DNA of 64,000 nucleotides from an uncultured Acidobacteriota bacterium. GTDB lineage: Bacteria > Acidobacteriota > UBA6911. The notes below the pieces were generated by a model. The model was not told the origin of the DNA. It made no database searches and saw only the letters and a list, made by a program, of their open reading frames with translations. Each line of letters begins with the position of its first letter. Position 1 is the first letter of the stretch. Below are positions 62,950 through 64,000 of this stretch, in pieces. The stretch is from the NCBI GenBank assembly GCA_963809485.1, contig CAWEJX010000020.1, positions 352,001-416,000 on the forward strand, given 5' to 3'. Both the position numbers and the translations under genes were made by a program.

Positions 62950-63088
62950 ACGGCTTACGCCGGCAAGAGCCGATGACCTTGGCCTTGGGCATCATTGACT
63001 TTTGTCAGCGCGCTTTTCAGCGTCTATCAGCGTTCCATGATTCCGGAATTGTCAAACTCTGTGAGTCCCAGGCAAAGCCGGAGGCTGA
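62950..63088. mobile_element. Partial copy of the palindromic element
   Basis: ttacgccggcaagagccgatga, gtcagcg repeats and tgtcaaactctgtgagtcccaggcaaagccggagg; overlaps the 3' end of the next gene. Confidence 0.55.
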
Positions 63089-64000
63089 TCGATGGATACG
63101 CTTCTCGCGCCCGGACTGCGTTGCCATCATCTTTTCGAGTGCAGCCACACGGGCGTCCAGTGCCGCGTTCTGGGCTTGAAGCGCCGCGATCGTTGAGTCT
63201 TTCTGCTCAAGCACAGCTTTTTGATCCTCAATCGATTGTGCCTGTTGAACCGTGTAAAGCGTCAACTCCTCGATCTTTTCAAGCATCTTCATCTGAAATC
63301 CGCTTACATTCAGTCCCCGGTCCCGGATCTCGGCGGCGGCTGGGATGTTTGGCAGGTGCTTTTCCCTGGCGATGAATTCCTTAAGCTCATCGATACCCAT
63401 CAGGTTGTAGTTCGGATCGAAAACGTAGTCCGGCACGGAAGCCCCGGGATCTGTCCAGATAAGGTCTCCGTCGATCCGCACATTGCCTACAACGTGGAGT
63501 CGTTCCAGCGGCTCAGTCGTATTGATACCGACATTGCCCGTATTCAGGATGGACACTCTTTCAGTCGTAATATCACGATCCAGGAATGCGAAGCGGCCGT
63601 TCTGGCTGGCGTCAGCGGCGACGAAGGCCATTGCGCCATACTCGATGGCGGTGCCGCCCACCAGTCCCCGGAACTGCACTTTGCCGAGATAGTCGCCGGC
63701 CTGGATGTCTTCCGGAACCGCCTGGGTTCCCCTAGACCGTTCAAGCAGAAACGTCGGAGCGAAAGTGCGGGTGAAGGGATCCTCGGTGCCATAATACCGC
63801 CTCAACCTTGCTACCGCCTGTGTTCCTTCAACGGTCAGCTGCCTGTCCGGATTTGTGACTCCGATTCCGACATTTGTTTCCGCGATAGCTCCATTGATGC
63901 CATTGACGCCTCCCAGGATCAGGCTGTTGCTCCGGGTGACCTTGGCCTGATAGCCCAGCGCGGTTGCGTTTGTGATACCGGCAGATCCGTCGGAATTGGA
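63017..64000 (-). CDS. Fibre/adhesin-like protein with a C-terminal intramolecular-chaperone (S74-like) domain; 5' end outside the window
   Basis: The frame stays open to 64000 (NATALGYQAKV..SNSLILGG, NVGIG/GNVGI repeats), then PDYVF...KHLPNIP...LEKIEELTLY and a coiled coil. Confidence 0.75.
   Translation of the reverse strand, partial: SNSDGSAGITNATALGYQAKVTRSNSLILGGVNGINGAIAETNVGIGVTNPDRQLTVEGTQAVARLRRYYGTEDPFTRTFAPTFLLERSRGTQAVPEDIQAGDYLGKVQFRGLVGGTAIEYGAMAFVAADASQNGRFAFLDRDITTERVSILNTGNVGINTTEPLERLHVVGNVRIDGDLIWTDPGASVPDYVFDPNYNLMGIDELKEFIAREKHLPNIPAAAEIRDRGLNVSGFQMKMLEKIEELTLYTVQQAQSIEDQKAVLEQKDSTIAALQAQNAALDARVAALEKMMATQSGREKRIHRSASGFAWDSQSLTIPESWNADRR

Noticed and set aside
63017-64000. 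Prophage tail gene implying a prophage
   Set aside because: No other phage genes are in view, and this chaperone-domain fibre type also occurs as a stand-alone bacterial surface protein.

Overview
This GC-rich bacterial window (possibly Acidobacteriota; an inference from gene-family style only) has three parts. (1) 1-8.8 kb: a Tat-exported cupin, a pentapeptide-repeat protein, a DUF218 protein and a compact cell-division cluster (mraZ-ftsL-ftsI-ftsW-ftsA, with no rsmH, mur genes, ftsQ or ftsZ). (2) About 9-37.5 kb: a mostly minus-strand protein-modification island. Its core is one tightly packed operon, RING/FHA - E1 - E2 - CesT-like - Ubl - JAB - ARC/Mpa ATPase - Dop - Pup(GGQ) - PafA. This places a full ubiquitin-like conjugation cascade beside a pupylation system, with no 20S proteasome genes in the window. 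Around it lie two more PafA paralogues (each paired with a ~630-aa unknown paralogue), an M50 protease, two regulators, a TIR-Sel1 gene and a PEP-synthase-like fusion protein. A 10-bp-periodic TCACA triple repeat sits upstream of four island transcription units. (3) 37.8-64 kb: ordinary metabolic and stress genes (acyl-CoA ligase, P-type ATPase, serine hydrolase, MFS, Mo-hydroxylase subunit, fur-katG, S9 and M3 peptidases, J-domain protein), a patch of gene fragments, and scattered IS200/IS605-like palindromic elements. No rRNA, tRNA or CRISPR array was seen. Three genes carry single-base frameshifts, two of them in A5 runs that may be sequencing errors. All calls are by-eye motif recognition; no database searches were run.
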